Origin: Bryobacterales bacterium
GTDB taxonomy: Bacteria > Acidobacteriota > Terriglobia > Bryobacterales > Bryobacteraceae
Length of the DNA stretch: 64,000 nt
Direction of reading: 5' to 3'
Assembly (NCBI GenBank): GCA_963716685.1
Contig: CAVQTR010000003.1
Coordinates: 3,225,500-3,289,499, forward strand
Part shown: one piece after another, positions 29,733 to 39,521 of the stretch
How the letters are laid out: every line of letters starts with the position of its first letter
How positions within the stretch are numbered: the stretch's first letter is position 1
Made by a program: the position numbers and the translations under genes
Notes under the pieces: generated by a model
Seen by the model: only the letters and a program-made list of their open reading frames with translations
Told to the model about the DNA's origin: nothing
Databases searched by the model: none

Positions 29733-29843
29733 GTAAGCTAGTATGGCGCGGCTTCCAGGCAAAAGGTAACAACGGAGTTCCCCTAAATTCCGGTTTTACA
29801 TCCGCTTAACGTTTCACCTCAGCTTCAAGAAAGGGCAGGGTTT

Positions 29844-31160
29844 ATGCAGCTGGCACGGAGACTGGGACTGGCGGATGCCACCAACATCACAGTCGGCGTG
29901 GTAATCGGCTCGGCTATCTTCCTGGTGCCGGGGGAAATTGCACGCAGCCTGGGAACGCCGGCGCGGATGCTCGCTGTTTGGGTGTTCACCGGGATCCTCT
30001 CGTATTTCGGAGCGCTGGCCTACGCGGAATTGGGCGCGATGATGCCGGACACCGGAGGGCAGTACGTGTTCCTGCGCGAGGCTTACGGCCCCATGTGCGG
30101 CTTTCTGTTCGGTTGGTCCATGTTCATGGTCGCCGAATCAGGTGGGGTGGCGAGCCTCGCCGCTGGCTTCGCAATCTACCTCGGTTACTTCGTGCCAATG
30201 GGCCCGGTCTCGGCGAAATGCGCAGCCGCGGCAGTCATCGCGTTGTTCGCATGGGCCAACTACCGCGGTGTCCGGGCCGGGGCCTGGACGCAAAACCTGC
30301 TCACCGCGTTGAAAGTGGCAGGCCTGCTGGTGCTGATCGGCGCGGCATTCGCGGCACCGGCCGGGCATGGAACCTCCGGTACCGCGGCAATCCCGTTTTC
30401 CTTCCGCGCGTTCGGGGCGCCGGTGGTGGCCTGCCTGTGGGCTTACGAGGGCTGGAACAGTGTCAGCTATGTAGCGGGCGAGGTGCAACGGCCGCAGCGC
30501 AATCTGCCGCTGGCGGCGGGCGTCGGCATGGCGGTCGTCGTGGTTCTTTATTTAATGGCCAATCTGGCATACGTGCGCGTTCTGCCCATGGCCGAAATTG
30601 CCGCCAGCGAACGGGCTGCGGCACTGGTGGCCGACCGGACGCTGGGACGCGTGGGTGGCATGCTCTTCGCGCTCACGATCCTGATCTCCATGGCGGGGTC
30701 GCTGAACGGCAGCATCATGACGGCGCCGCGCAGCTATTTCGCCCAGGCCCGCGACGGACTCTTCTTCCGCAGTTTCGGGCGAGTGCATCCGCGTTTTGGC
30801 ACGCCGGGTATCTCGATTGCGCTCAGTTCGGTCTGGGCCGCCGTGCTGGCGCTTTCCGGGTCGTACGAAGTGCTGTATTCCTACGTGATCTTCACCGCGT
30901 GGATCTTCTACGGGCTCACCGTGCTCGCGGTAGTGGTGCTGCGGCGTAAAATGCCGGACCGGGAGCGGCCTTACCGGATGCACGGCTATCCCTGGACGCC
31001 GGTCATTTTCGCAGCCGTGAGCTTTTGGTTTGTACTCAATACGCTGATCAGCGAGCCGCGGAGTTCCTTAATCGGACTGGCGCTGGTAGTGGCAGGCGCG
31101 CCAATTTACTGGTTCTGGCGGCGGGCAAACCCGAATCGTGCCATCGGCGCGGCGGGTTGA
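29844..31160 (+). CDS. APC superfamily amino acid permease
   Basis: 438 aa, 12 TM helices, with an N-terminal APC consensus-like region (ITVGVVIGSAIFLVPGEIARSLG). Confidence 0.85.
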   Translation: MQLARRLGLADATNITVGVVIGSAIFLVPGEIARSLGTPARMLAVWVFTGILSYFGALAYAELGAMMPDTGGQYVFLREAYGPMCGFLFGWSMFMVAESGGVASLAAGFAIYLGYFVPMGPVSAKCAAAAVIALFAWANYRGVRAGAWTQNLLTALKVAGLLVLIGAAFAAPAGHGTSGTAAIPFSFRAFGAPVVACLWAYEGWNSVSYVAGEVQRPQRNLPLAAGVGMAVVVVLYLMANLAYVRVLPMAEIAASERAAALVADRTLGRVGGMLFALTILISMAGSLNGSIMTAPRSYFAQARDGLFFRSFGRVHPRFGTPGISIALSSVWAAVLALSGSYEVLYSYVIFTAWIFYGLTVLAVVVLRRKMPDRERPYRMHGYPWTPVIFAAVSFWFVLNTLISEPRSSLIGLALVVAGAPIYWFWRRANPNRAIGAAG

Positions 31161-31179
31161 ACGTGGTCGCGGGGTGAGT

Positions 31180-31254
31180 TGGAGCGGGAGACGAGAATCG
31201 AACTCGCAACCAACAGCTTGGAAGGCTGTGACTCTACCATTGAGTTACTCCCGC
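31180..31254 (-). tRNA. tRNA-Gly (anticodon TCC), 3' CCA encoded
   Basis: Minus-strand sequence: GCGGGAGTAACTCAATGGTAGAGTCACAGCCTTCCAAGCTGTTGGTTGCGAGTTCGATTCTCGTCTCCCGCTCCA. It has a 7-bp acceptor stem, an anticodon loop CTTCCAA and a T-loop GTTCGATTC. Confidence 0.8.
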
Positions 31255-31328
31255 GCCCGTCCCTATCCTACGAAAATCGAACCCTGGCGGTCAATTCAGC
31301 GTTATAGTCTTTAGGGAAACCAGCCGAC

Positions 31329-32326
31329 ATGAGCCTCCGAACCTTTCTGGGCAAGCAGTTTATCGATGTAATCGACTTTACCGAGCCGGAGGATGGCATC
31401 CTGGCCTACCGCTATCCGATGCAGGACCGCGAAATCCAGAACGGCGGCAAGCTCACCGTGCGCGATTCGCAAATGGCCGTCTTCGTCAACGAAGGCAAGA
31501 TCGCGGACGTGTTCGGCCCCGGTCTCTACACCCTGAACACCCAGACCCTGCCGATCCTTACCTACCTGATGAACTGGGACAAGGCGTTCCAATCGCCTTT
31601 CAAGAGCGACGTCTATTTCTTCTCGACGCGCATCCAGACCAACCAGCGCTGGGGCACCCCGAACCCGATCACCATCCGCGATAAGGATTTCGGCGTTATT
31701 CGCCTGCGCGGCTTCGGCATCTTCTCGTATCACGTCAGCGATCCCAAAACCTTCTACAGCAAGGTCAGCGGCACTCGCGATATCTATCATGTTGCCGATC
31801 TCGATGGCCAGCTCCGCAACACCATCGTCGGCCGCATGTCCGATTCGTTTGCCGCCAGCAACGTGCCGTTTCTTGACATGGCCGCCAATCAGATGATGCT
31901 GGGCAACAAAATCGCAGGATTCCTGAAACCGGTATTCGTCGATCTGGGCCTGACGCTCGATTCGTTCGTCGTCGAAAACCTCTCGCTGCCGGAAGAACTG
32001 CAGAAGATTCTCGATCAGCGCATCGGCATGAACATGCTGGGCGATATGAACCGGTACACCCAGTATCAGGTGGCCAACTCGCTCCCCATCGCGGCCGCTA
32101 ATGAAGGCGGACTGGCGGGGGCCGGAGCTGGCCTCGGCGCCGGTTTCGCCATGGCGCAGACGCTGGGCAACGCGCTGCGTCCCCAGCAGCCGCCGCCTGC
32201 TCCGGCTCCGGAAGCGTGCCGCTCCGGCCACTCCCTCCACCGAAACCAAGTTCTGCATCGACCTGCGGCAAGCCCATCCCGAAAGGCGCCAAATTCTGTC
32301 CGGAGTGCGGCGGTCCTCAGCAATAA
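31329..32326 (+). pseudogene. SPFH/band-7 family protein with C-terminal zinc ribbon (COG4260, virion-core-like); two frameshifts in the zinc-ribbon tail
   Basis: N-terminal SPFH domain (MSLRTFLGKQFIDVIDFTEPEDGILAYRYP...) and a Pro-rich linker. The zinc ribbon (T.TKFCIDCGKPIPKGAKFCPECGGPQQ*) is split across three frames within about 80 nt (32200-32326). The listed 447-aa ORF is a read-through chimera with the next gene. Confidence 0.65.
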
Positions 32327-32327
32327 C

Positions 32328-32672
32328 ATGTCCGGCTGCGAGTGGCTCATCGAAGCCCACGGTTGCAGCGCCGGCGTGCTGGCGGATGGCGAGGCGCTGC
32401 GCGAGCTCTTCGCCCAGGTCATCGCCGCCCTGGATCTGCACCCGGTGGCGGAAACCAAGTGGCACCAGTTCCCTGCTCCCGGCGGCATCACCGGCCTGTG
32501 CCTGCTTTCTGAAAGCCACCTGGCGTGCCACACCTTTCCGGAATTCGGCTCGCTGTGCCTCAATGTCTTCTGCTGCCGCGAGCGGCCCGACTGGGCGTTC
32601 GACGACTGCCTGCGTGCGCTCTTCGGCGCTACCCGCGTGATGGTGCGCAAAGTCGAGCGCCCCTATCAATGA
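32328..32672 (+). CDS. S-adenosylmethionine decarboxylase-like pyruvoyl-dependent proenzyme (SpeH/AdoMetDC family)
   Basis: ATG at 32328, two nt after the TAA of the zinc-ribbon frame. Contains LLSESHLACHTFPE, the ES|S self-cleavage site of bacterial AdoMetDC-type proenzymes. 114 aa. Confidence 0.7.
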   Translation: MSGCEWLIEAHGCSAGVLADGEALRELFAQVIAALDLHPVAETKWHQFPAPGGITGLCLLSESHLACHTFPEFGSLCLNVFCCRERPDWAFDDCLRALFGATRVMVRKVERPYQ

Positions 32673-33307
32673 CATCACGCCAATTGCCCGAACTGCGGCG
32701 CGCCGGTGCAGCTGCTGTGGTCGGGCGCCGTCCAGACCACCTGCCCTTTCTGCAAGTCGATACTGGTTCGGCGCGACGTCAATCTGGAGAAAGTCGGGCG
32801 TGGTGGCCGATCTTCCGCCCGACAGCTCGCCCATCCAGATCGCGACCGAGGGAAGCTGGGGCGGCAAGACCTTCGTCGTAGTCGGCCGCATCCTTTATGA
32901 ATACGATCAGGGCGGCTGGAACGAGTGGCACATCATCTTCAGTGATGGCGCGAGCGGCTGGCTTTCGGACGCGCAGGATGAATTTGCCGTCTCATTCCTG
33001 ACACCCGCGCCCGCGCCGATGCCATCCGCCAGCGCCCTGCAGCGCGGCGGAAGCTTCACCTGGGGCGGCACGCGCTATGAGATCACCGTGATCACGCCCG
33101 CGCATTACAAAGGCGTGGAAGGCGAGATGCCCTTTCAATACGTGGGACAAACACGAAGCGCTCTTCGCCGATCTGCGCACCTACGACGCGCGCTTCGGCA
33201 CCATCGATTACAGCGGCGAACCGCCGGTTCTCTATCTGGGAGCGGCTGCCGAATTCGACGACCTCGCGCTCCGCAATCTGCGCCAGTTTGAAGGTTGGGA
33301 TTCATGA
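32669..33307 (+). pseudogene. DUF4178 domain protein with N-terminal zinc ribbon, frameshifted
   Basis: ATGA overlap with the previous gene. Pieces in three frames: CPNCGAPVQ..TTCPFCKSILVRRDVNLEKVG / VADLPPDSSPIQIATEGSWGGKTFVVVGRILYEYDQGGWNEWHIIF / ...TKEALFADLRTYDARFGTIDYSGEPPVLYLGAAAEFDDL*. Confidence 0.55.
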
Positions 33308-34477
33308 TCCCGAAGCTTTCCGGCCTTAATTGTCCCAGTTGCGGCGCGGCGCTCGAGATCCGTTCGTTCGGCAACGCTCTGAACGTCGTCTGCCCAAACT
33401 GCCTTTCGGTGCTCGACGCCAAAGATCCCAACCTGCGCATCCTGCAGGAGGCGAAAGGCGCGGGAGAAAGTGGCGCCGCTGATTCCGCTGGGCACGCGCG
33501 GCACGCTGGGCGGCGTGATATACGAAGCCATCGGATTCCAGGTTCGCACTGTTACCGAGGAAGACGGATCGTACGCCTGGCAGGAATATCTGCTCTTCAA
33601 CCCGTATCGCGGCTTCCGCTACCTGACGCAGTACCACGGCCACTGGAACCTCGTTCGCACCCTGCAGTCGCTGCCAGAACCGGTCTCCGGGCGCGCGGTG
33701 CGCTGGAACGGCGAAACCTACCGGCGATTCTCCAGCGCTCAGGCCGCCACCTCTTACGTTGTCGGCGAATTTCCCTGGCAGGTGCGCGTCGGTGAAACCG
33801 CTCAGGTGGCCGATTACGTTCACGTGCCCCGCGGCATCTTCAGCGAATCCACCGCGGACGAAACCGTCTGGTCGCTCGGCGAGTACATCACCGGCGAAGA
33901 GGTTTGGAAAGCCTTCGCTCTGCCGGGCGCGCCGCCCGCCCGCTTCGGCGTATTTGAGAACCAGCCATCGCCCTACACGGACACCGTCGCCGCCATGTGG
34001 ATGCAGGGTTTGAAACTGCTGGCTGCTGCCGTGGTGGTGGCCTTTCTCTTCTCCGCTGTTTCCGGCCGCCAGGTGTATCGGCAGAGCATCCAGGTCAGTG
34101 CCGGCGAGGTGCTCACGCCGCCGTTCGCTGTCGGCGGTCACCTCTCAAACCTGCAAATCGTCACCCACAATCAGACCGGCGAGCGCGTCTTCGTCACCTA
34201 TTCGTTAATCGATCAGCGCGGCGGTCCGGCGCACACATTTTCCCGCGACGTGAACCGTGAGGACAAAGCAACCATTTCATCCATCGCTGATGGCACCTAT
34301 CGCCTGCGTGTGCAGCCCGGCCGCTATCCCGCGCAGCTCGATCTGCAGGTTCGCCGCGGTGTTCCCTCCATGAGCTTCTTCTGGTTTACCGTGGTGCTTC
34401 TTCTCTTACCGCCGCTGCTGCGCACCATGCGCCGCTATTCATTTGAACGCGAGCGCTGGCAGGAGAGCGGCGGCTAG
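33304..34477 (+). pseudogene. DUF4178 domain protein paralogue (zinc ribbon, DUF4178 domain, C-terminal TM region), one frameshift near 33470
   Basis: MIPKLSGLNCPSCGAALEIRSFGNALNVVCPNCLSVLDAKDPNLRILQEAKG, then a frame change, then APLIPLGTRGTLGGVIYEAIGFQVRTVTEEDGSYAWQEYLLFNPYRGFRYL... This parallels the upstream paralogue. Confidence 0.55.
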
Positions 34478-34479
34478 CC

Positions 34480-34665
34480 ATGCGCCACCCTTTTTACACA
34501 ATTTACGGCATTGCGCTCATCGGTCTTATGGGCTTCGCGCAGTTCCGGGGCTGGACGCTCAACTCGCTGAATCAGGAGCCTTCCTCACCGCGCTCCGTGC
34601 GCGACAATCCCGGCGCGTATCGCTCCACTTACGGCGGCTATTCTCGATATACAGGAGGAAAGTGA
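34480..34665 (+). CDS. small membrane protein
   Basis: 61-aa ORF with one TM helix (IYGIALIGLMGFAQF), tightly packed between the DUF4178 and DUF350 genes. Confidence 0.35.
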   Translation: MRHPFYTIYGIALIGLMGFAQFRGWTLNSLNQEPSSPRSVRDNPGAYRSTYGGYSRYTGGK

Positions 34666-34878
34666 ATGGAACAGTTCAGTATCGGCAATCTGGTGAACGC
34701 TTTGATTTACTCAGCGCTGGGCATTCTGATATTCGTGTTGACCTTCGTGCTGATCGATAAGCTGACGCCGTACCATCTTTGGAATGAGATCGTGCGCGAG
34801 CACAACACGGCTCTCGCGATTCTAATCGGCGCGATGTCCATCGGCATGTGCATCATCATCGCCGCGGCCGTACATTAG
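34666..34878 (+). CDS. DUF350 family small membrane protein
   Basis: 70 aa with two TM helices (LIYSALGILIFVLTFVLIDKLTPYHLWNEIVREHNTALAILIGAMSIGMCIIIA), as in YjfL/DUF350. Confidence 0.55.
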   Translation: MEQFSIGNLVNALIYSALGILIFVLTFVLIDKLTPYHLWNEIVREHNTALAILIGAMSIGMCIIIAAAVH

Positions 34879-34879
34879 C

Positions 34880-36380
34880 TTGAACCTGCTTCTCTTCCTT
34901 TCCGTCCTCCTGATCGCCGCGTGCGGGCTGATCTATGAGCTGGTCGCCGGCACGCTCGCCAGCTATTTGCTGGGCGACAGCGTGCTTCAGTTTTCCACGG
35001 TCATCGGCAGCTACCTGTTCGCCATGGGCATCGGCAGTTGGCTCTCGCGCTTCCTGCACCGCGGCCTCGTGGCCCGCTTCGTCTCCGTCGAACTGATGGT
35101 CGGTCTGGTCGGCGGCTTCTCCTCTTCCCTGCTCTTCCTCGCCTTCGCGTGGACGCAGAGTTTCCGCCTGGTGCTGTATCTGGTCGTCGATCGCCATTGG
35201 AGTGCTGGTGGGCCTCGAAATCCCGCTGCTGATGCGCATCCTCAAAAACCGGCTGGAGTTCCGCGAACTCGTCGCGCAATGTCCTCACGTTCGATTACCT
35301 CGGCGCGCTGGGCGCCTCGCTGCTGTTTCCGCTGCTGCTTGTGCCGCACCTCGGTATGGTGCGGTCCGCGCTGCTGTTTCGGCATGGTGAACGCCGGCGT
35401 TGCGCTCTGGTCCACGTTTCTCTTCCGCCAGGAAATTCCACGCGTCGCGATGCTGCGCGCCGGCTGTATCGCCGTGCTGCTCGCCCTGGCCGGCGGCATG
35501 GCTCAGGCCGACTGGATTTCTTCAGCCGCCGACAATCAGCTCTTCGCCGATCAGGTGATCTTCTCCAAACAAACCCGATACCAGCGCATCGTCCTCACGC
35601 GTTGGAAAGATGATCTGCGCCTTTTCCTCAGTTCGCATCTGCAGTTCAGTTCACGCGATGAATATCGCTACCACGAGGCGCTGGTCCATCCCGGTTTGTC
35701 CGCCGTTCCCGCACGCGCGTCGCGTCCTCGTGCTGGGCGGCGGCGACGGCCTTGCCGTTCGCGAAATCCTAAAATACCGCGGCGTCGAAGCCATCACACT
35801 GGTCGATCTCGATCCGGAGATGACCAAGCTGTTCTCCACAAACGCGATGCTTACCGCTCTGAACCTGCATTCGCTTACGAACGCCCGCGTGCACGTCATC
35901 AACGCCGATGCCTTCGTCTGGCTCGACGAACATCCGGATATGTTCGATTTCGTGGTCGTCGATTTTCCCGATCCCACCAACTACTCGCTCGGCAAGCTCT
36001 ACACCACGGCTTTCTATCGGCTGCTCGGCAAGCATCTCAGCGCACGCGGCCTTGCGGTCGTCCAGAGCACGTCGCCCATGTTCGCGCGCCAGTCTTACTG
36101 GTGCATCGAAACAACCCTGCGGCAGGCCGGCCTGCGCACGTGGCCCTACCATGTCTACGTTCCCTCTTTCGGCGAGTGGGGTTACATGCTTGCCGGGAAC
36201 GGCGACTGGGAGCCGCCGGCGACCCTTCCCGCCAACCTGCGCTTCCTTTCCGCGCAGACTCTGCCCACCATGTTTCAGTTCCCGGCCGACATGCAACCGG
36301 TTCCCGCCGAAGCCAATCGCCTGAACGATCAGGTGCTGGTGCGATACTACGAGCGCGATTGGAATGACATCGCGCATTAG
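34880..36380 (+). pseudogene. spermidine synthase-like polyamine aminopropyltransferase with N-terminal multi-TM domain, frameshifted at least 3 times
   Basis: N-terminal TM domain (MNLLLFLSVLLIAACGLIYELVAGTLASYLLGDS...). The C-terminal SpeE fold (VLVLGGGDGLAVREILKY...VDLDPEMT...VVVDFPDP) lies in another frame, with two short intermediate frames between. Confidence 0.65.
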
Positions 36381-37848
36381 CCGCCGCGAAGTACTCAGCG
36401 CCGGTCTGGCCGGCCTGACTCGCAAGACCGACCGGCCCGTAGCCGGTTCCTTCGTGAATGACGACTTCGTCCGCGGCCATCAGCTGCGCGATCGCGCGCG
36501 CTTTTCCACGCCGTCGCGAACCGTCAAAGTGCCGGCAGTTATCGTCGGTGGCGGCATCGCCGGCCTCTCCGCCGCGTGGCGCTTCTCAAAACGCGGCTTT
36601 CACGATTACGTGCTCCTCGAAATGGAGAAGCAGCCTGGCGGCAACTCCCGCAGCGGCAGCAACGCGGTATCCGCTTACCCGTGGGGCGCGCATTACGTTC
36701 CCGTACCCAGCCACAAATCCGCCCTCGTTCGCGAACTGTTCGCAGAGCTCGGCCTGGTTCGCGACGGCGTCTGGGATGAGCGCCAGCTCTGCTTCTCGCC
36801 GCAGGAGCGGCTGTTCCTCAACGGACAGTGGCAGGAAGACATCGAGCCGCACGACGGCCTGAGCGCGCGCGACCGCGACCAGATGAAACGCTTCGGCGAA
36901 CGGATGCGCGCCTTCCACGCCACCGGAAAGTTCACCATTCCCATGGCGGAAGGTGCGAGCCCCTCCGAGCTGGATTCGCTCAACATGACCGAATGGCTGC
37001 GGCGCGAGCGCTTCGATTCGCCCTACCTGCACTGGTATGTCAACTACGCCTGCCGCGACGATTACGGCGCGCTCGCCCGCGACACCTCGGCGTGGGCCGG
37101 CATCCACTACTTCGCCGCGCGCGAGGCCGACGACAAAGGTCCGCTCACCTGGCCGGAAGGTAACGGCTTTCTGGTGAAGCAGCTGCTCGAGCGCGTTGCG
37201 TCTCATGTTCGCACAGACGCCATGGTGCATCGCATCCGTCAGGACGGCGCGTTCTGGCGGGTAGCCGCCGCCGACACGGAATATCTGACTCGCACCGTGA
37301 TCTTCGCCGCGCCCACGTTTCTTGCTCCTTACGTGATCGACCCCGCGCCGCTGGTGCCGGAGCGCGAATATTCGCCGTGGATGACAGCCAATCTCACGCT
37401 CGACCGCCTGCCCAAAGAAGGCGGCGCCGAACTCGCCTGGGACAACGTGATTTACGATTCGCCGGCGCTTGGCTACGTTGTCGCCACCCATCAATCGCTG
37501 CGCACGCAGGAAGAGCGCTCCGTCTGGACTTATTACTGGTCGCTCGCCGAAGGTTCACCCGCTCAGAATCGCAGACTGCTGATCGAGAAGGACTGGGCTT
37601 ACTGGCGCGATTCCATCCTCAACGATCTGGCACGCGCCCATCCCGATATCCGGCAGTGCGTTTCGCGCATCGACGTCATGCGTTTTGGCCACGCCATGGC
37701 GCGGCCCACGCCGGGATTTCTTAGCATGCGCGCGCCGGTCGCCCCGCGGCTTCACTTCGCCAACTCCGATCTCAGCGGGTTCTCTATCTTCGAAGAGGCG
37801 CAGTACCGCGGCGTGACGGCAGCCGACCAGGCACTTCGCGATCTCTGA
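36364..37848 (+). CDS. FAD-dependent amine-oxidase-like oxidoreductase with Tat signal
   Basis: SRREVLSAGLAGL Tat motif and a Rossmann FAD motif (VIVGGGIAGLSAAWRF), with an amine-oxidase-like fold. 494 aa, intact. It overlaps the SpeE-like gene by 17 nt. Confidence 0.75.
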   Translation: MTSRISRREVLSAGLAGLTRKTDRPVAGSFVNDDFVRGHQLRDRARFSTPSRTVKVPAVIVGGGIAGLSAAWRFSKRGFHDYVLLEMEKQPGGNSRSGSNAVSAYPWGAHYVPVPSHKSALVRELFAELGLVRDGVWDERQLCFSPQERLFLNGQWQEDIEPHDGLSARDRDQMKRFGERMRAFHATGKFTIPMAEGASPSELDSLNMTEWLRRERFDSPYLHWYVNYACRDDYGALARDTSAWAGIHYFAAREADDKGPLTWPEGNGFLVKQLLERVASHVRTDAMVHRIRQDGAFWRVAAADTEYLTRTVIFAAPTFLAPYVIDPAPLVPEREYSPWMTANLTLDRLPKEGGAELAWDNVIYDSPALGYVVATHQSLRTQEERSVWTYYWSLAEGSPAQNRRLLIEKDWAYWRDSILNDLARAHPDIRQCVSRIDVMRFGHAMARPTPGFLSMRAPVAPRLHFANSDLSGFSIFEEAQYRGVTAADQALRDL

Positions 37849-39153
37849 TTACAGCGGCGGCTCCATCGGCAGCGCGAGCGGCGGCTCTTTCAGGAAATCC
37901 AGCCGCGACATCTCTTCCACCGCTTCGCACATCGCGCTCTCAGAGGTCATCTCCGTCGTGATCACGAACGGCAGATCGTGTTTCGTTTCGCAGGGTCGCT
38001 GCAGCACCGCTTCCAGACCGATATGCTTCGCCGCCAGAATACCCGCCAGCGCCGCCGTGATGCCCGGCCGGTCTTCCACGCGGAACCGCAGGTAATAAGG
38101 ACGCCTCTGCAGCCGGACCGAGACGGGCTGATACTCGCCAAGGCGCTCGTGCGCAAAAGGCGAAACGCGCTCCGGACTGCCGGAACGGATCTCGCGCGCG
38201 ACGCGCATCAGATCGCTGACTACCGCGACACCCGTGGGATTGGGACCGGCGCCGCGCCCGTAGTAAAAAGTGTCCTGCCCGTAATGGCCCTTCACCCAGA
38301 CCGCGTTGTACGCGCCCTGCACGCCGGCCAGAATAGTCGATTGCGCAATCAGCGCCGGCCGCACCGAAAGAATCAGCCCGTCATGCGTCTGGTCGGCGGA
38401 ACACACCAGCCGGATAGTGTGGCCCAACTGATGCGCGTATTCAAAATCAAGCGGCGTGATGCGGCGGATGCCTTCCACGAAGATGTCCGTCGGCGTGATG
38501 CGTTCCCCGAACGCCAGCGCCGCCAGTATCGCCAGCTTGGAGCGCGCGTCGTAGCCATCGACATCCGCGCTCGGGTCGGCTTCGGCATACCCCAGACGCT
38601 GCGCTTCGGCGAGCACCTTCTCCAGCGGCTCGCCGTGCTTCTCCATCTCCGTCAGGATGAAGTTACTGGTTCCGTTGAGAATCCCCTTGAGCGCCACCAC
38701 GCGGTCGCCGGAGATACCTTCGCGCAGCACGGCGTGAATCGGAATGCCGCCGGCGACGCTCGCCTCCATCGCCAGATTGATACCGGCCTGAATCGCGCGA
38801 TCCCAGATCTCCGAGCCGCACAGCGCCATCAACTCTTTGTTCGCGGTCACGACCGATTTGCCATGCGCGATGGCTCCGTCGATAATCTCTCGGGCCACGC
38901 CGGTTCCGCCGACCAACTCCGCCACCACATCCACCTGAGGCAGCGCCACCAGCTGCCGCCAGTCGGCCGTCCGGAACACACCGTTCAACTCGGCCGGCAG
39001 CGCCGCCGCGGCCACCGAACGGCTGCACACGGCAACCACTTTCAGCTGGAAACCGAGCTTCAACGCGATCTGCTCCGCGTTGCCCGTCAGGATGGAAATC
39101 GCCCCGGTTCCCACGTTCCCCAGGCCCACGATCCCCACGTTCACTTCACGCAT
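37849..39153 (-). CDS. hom: homoserine dehydrogenase
   Basis: N-terminal NAD-binding region (VGIVGLGNVGTG), a central catalytic domain, and a C-terminal ACT domain. 434 aa. Confidence 0.9.
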   Translation of the reverse strand: MREVNVGIVGLGNVGTGAISILTGNAEQIALKLGFQLKVVAVCSRSVAAAALPAELNGVFRTADWRQLVALPQVDVVAELVGGTGVAREIIDGAIAHGKSVVTANKELMALCGSEIWDRAIQAGINLAMEASVAGGIPIHAVLREGISGDRVVALKGILNGTSNFILTEMEKHGEPLEKVLAEAQRLGYAEADPSADVDGYDARSKLAILAALAFGERITPTDIFVEGIRRITPLDFEYAHQLGHTIRLVCSADQTHDGLILSVRPALIAQSTILAGVQGAYNAVWVKGHYGQDTFYYGRGAGPNPTGVAVVSDLMRVAREIRSGSPERVSPFAHERLGEYQPVSVRLQRRPYYLRFRVEDRPGITAALAGILAAKHIGLEAVLQRPCETKHDLPFVITTEMTSESAMCEAVEEMSRLDFLKEPPLALPMEPPL

Positions 39154-39179
39154 GTTGAGTATGATAGCAACAGCAATTT

Positions 39180-39500
39180 ATGCGGCTTTTTTTGGTAATC
39201 CCGCTGTTGTTTCTGGGTCTGAGCGCGGCCCAGGATCCGATGGAAATCCGACCGCCCAGCCTGCACGACAAGGAACCGGAAAAGCGGCTCCCCAACGGCA
39301 AACTGCAGAGCGACGAGATCCTGAAACAGGATTACCAGAACAGCATTAAGGACGTCCATCAGCTGGTGACCCTGACGCAGCAGCTGGAGTCCGACATGCA
39401 AAGGGAAACCGGACAGGTGCTGTCCCTGGGCGATTTGAAGAGGCTCGATGAAATCGAAAGGATTGCAAAGAGAATTCGCGGACGCATGCGGCGATTCTGA
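39180..39500 (+). CDS. small secreted coiled-coil protein (hypothetical)
   Basis: Signal peptide MRLFLVIPLLFLGLSAAQ, then a charged helical region. 106 aa. It fills the hom-pyrR intergenic space. Confidence 0.35.
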   Translation: MRLFLVIPLLFLGLSAAQDPMEIRPPSLHDKEPEKRLPNGKLQSDEILKQDYQNSIKDVHQLVTLTQQLESDMQRETGQVLSLGDLKRLDEIERIAKRIRGRMRRF

Positions 39501-39521
39501 TACCCTGAACGAAACGTCCGC

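Noticed and set aside
32328-32672. Reading the listed 447-aa ORF (31329-32672) as one SPFH-AdoMetDC fusion protein
   Set aside because: The apparent fusion arises because two frameshifts in the zinc-ribbon tail remove the stop. The AdoMetDC-like part has its own ATG 2 nt after the restored TAA.
31311-32891. 526-aa minus-strand ORF
   Set aside because: It is antisense to the SPFH/AdoMetDC/DUF4178 genes; the plus-strand products have recognisable domains.
37978-39198. 406-aa plus-strand ORF
   Set aside because: It is antisense to homoserine dehydrogenase.
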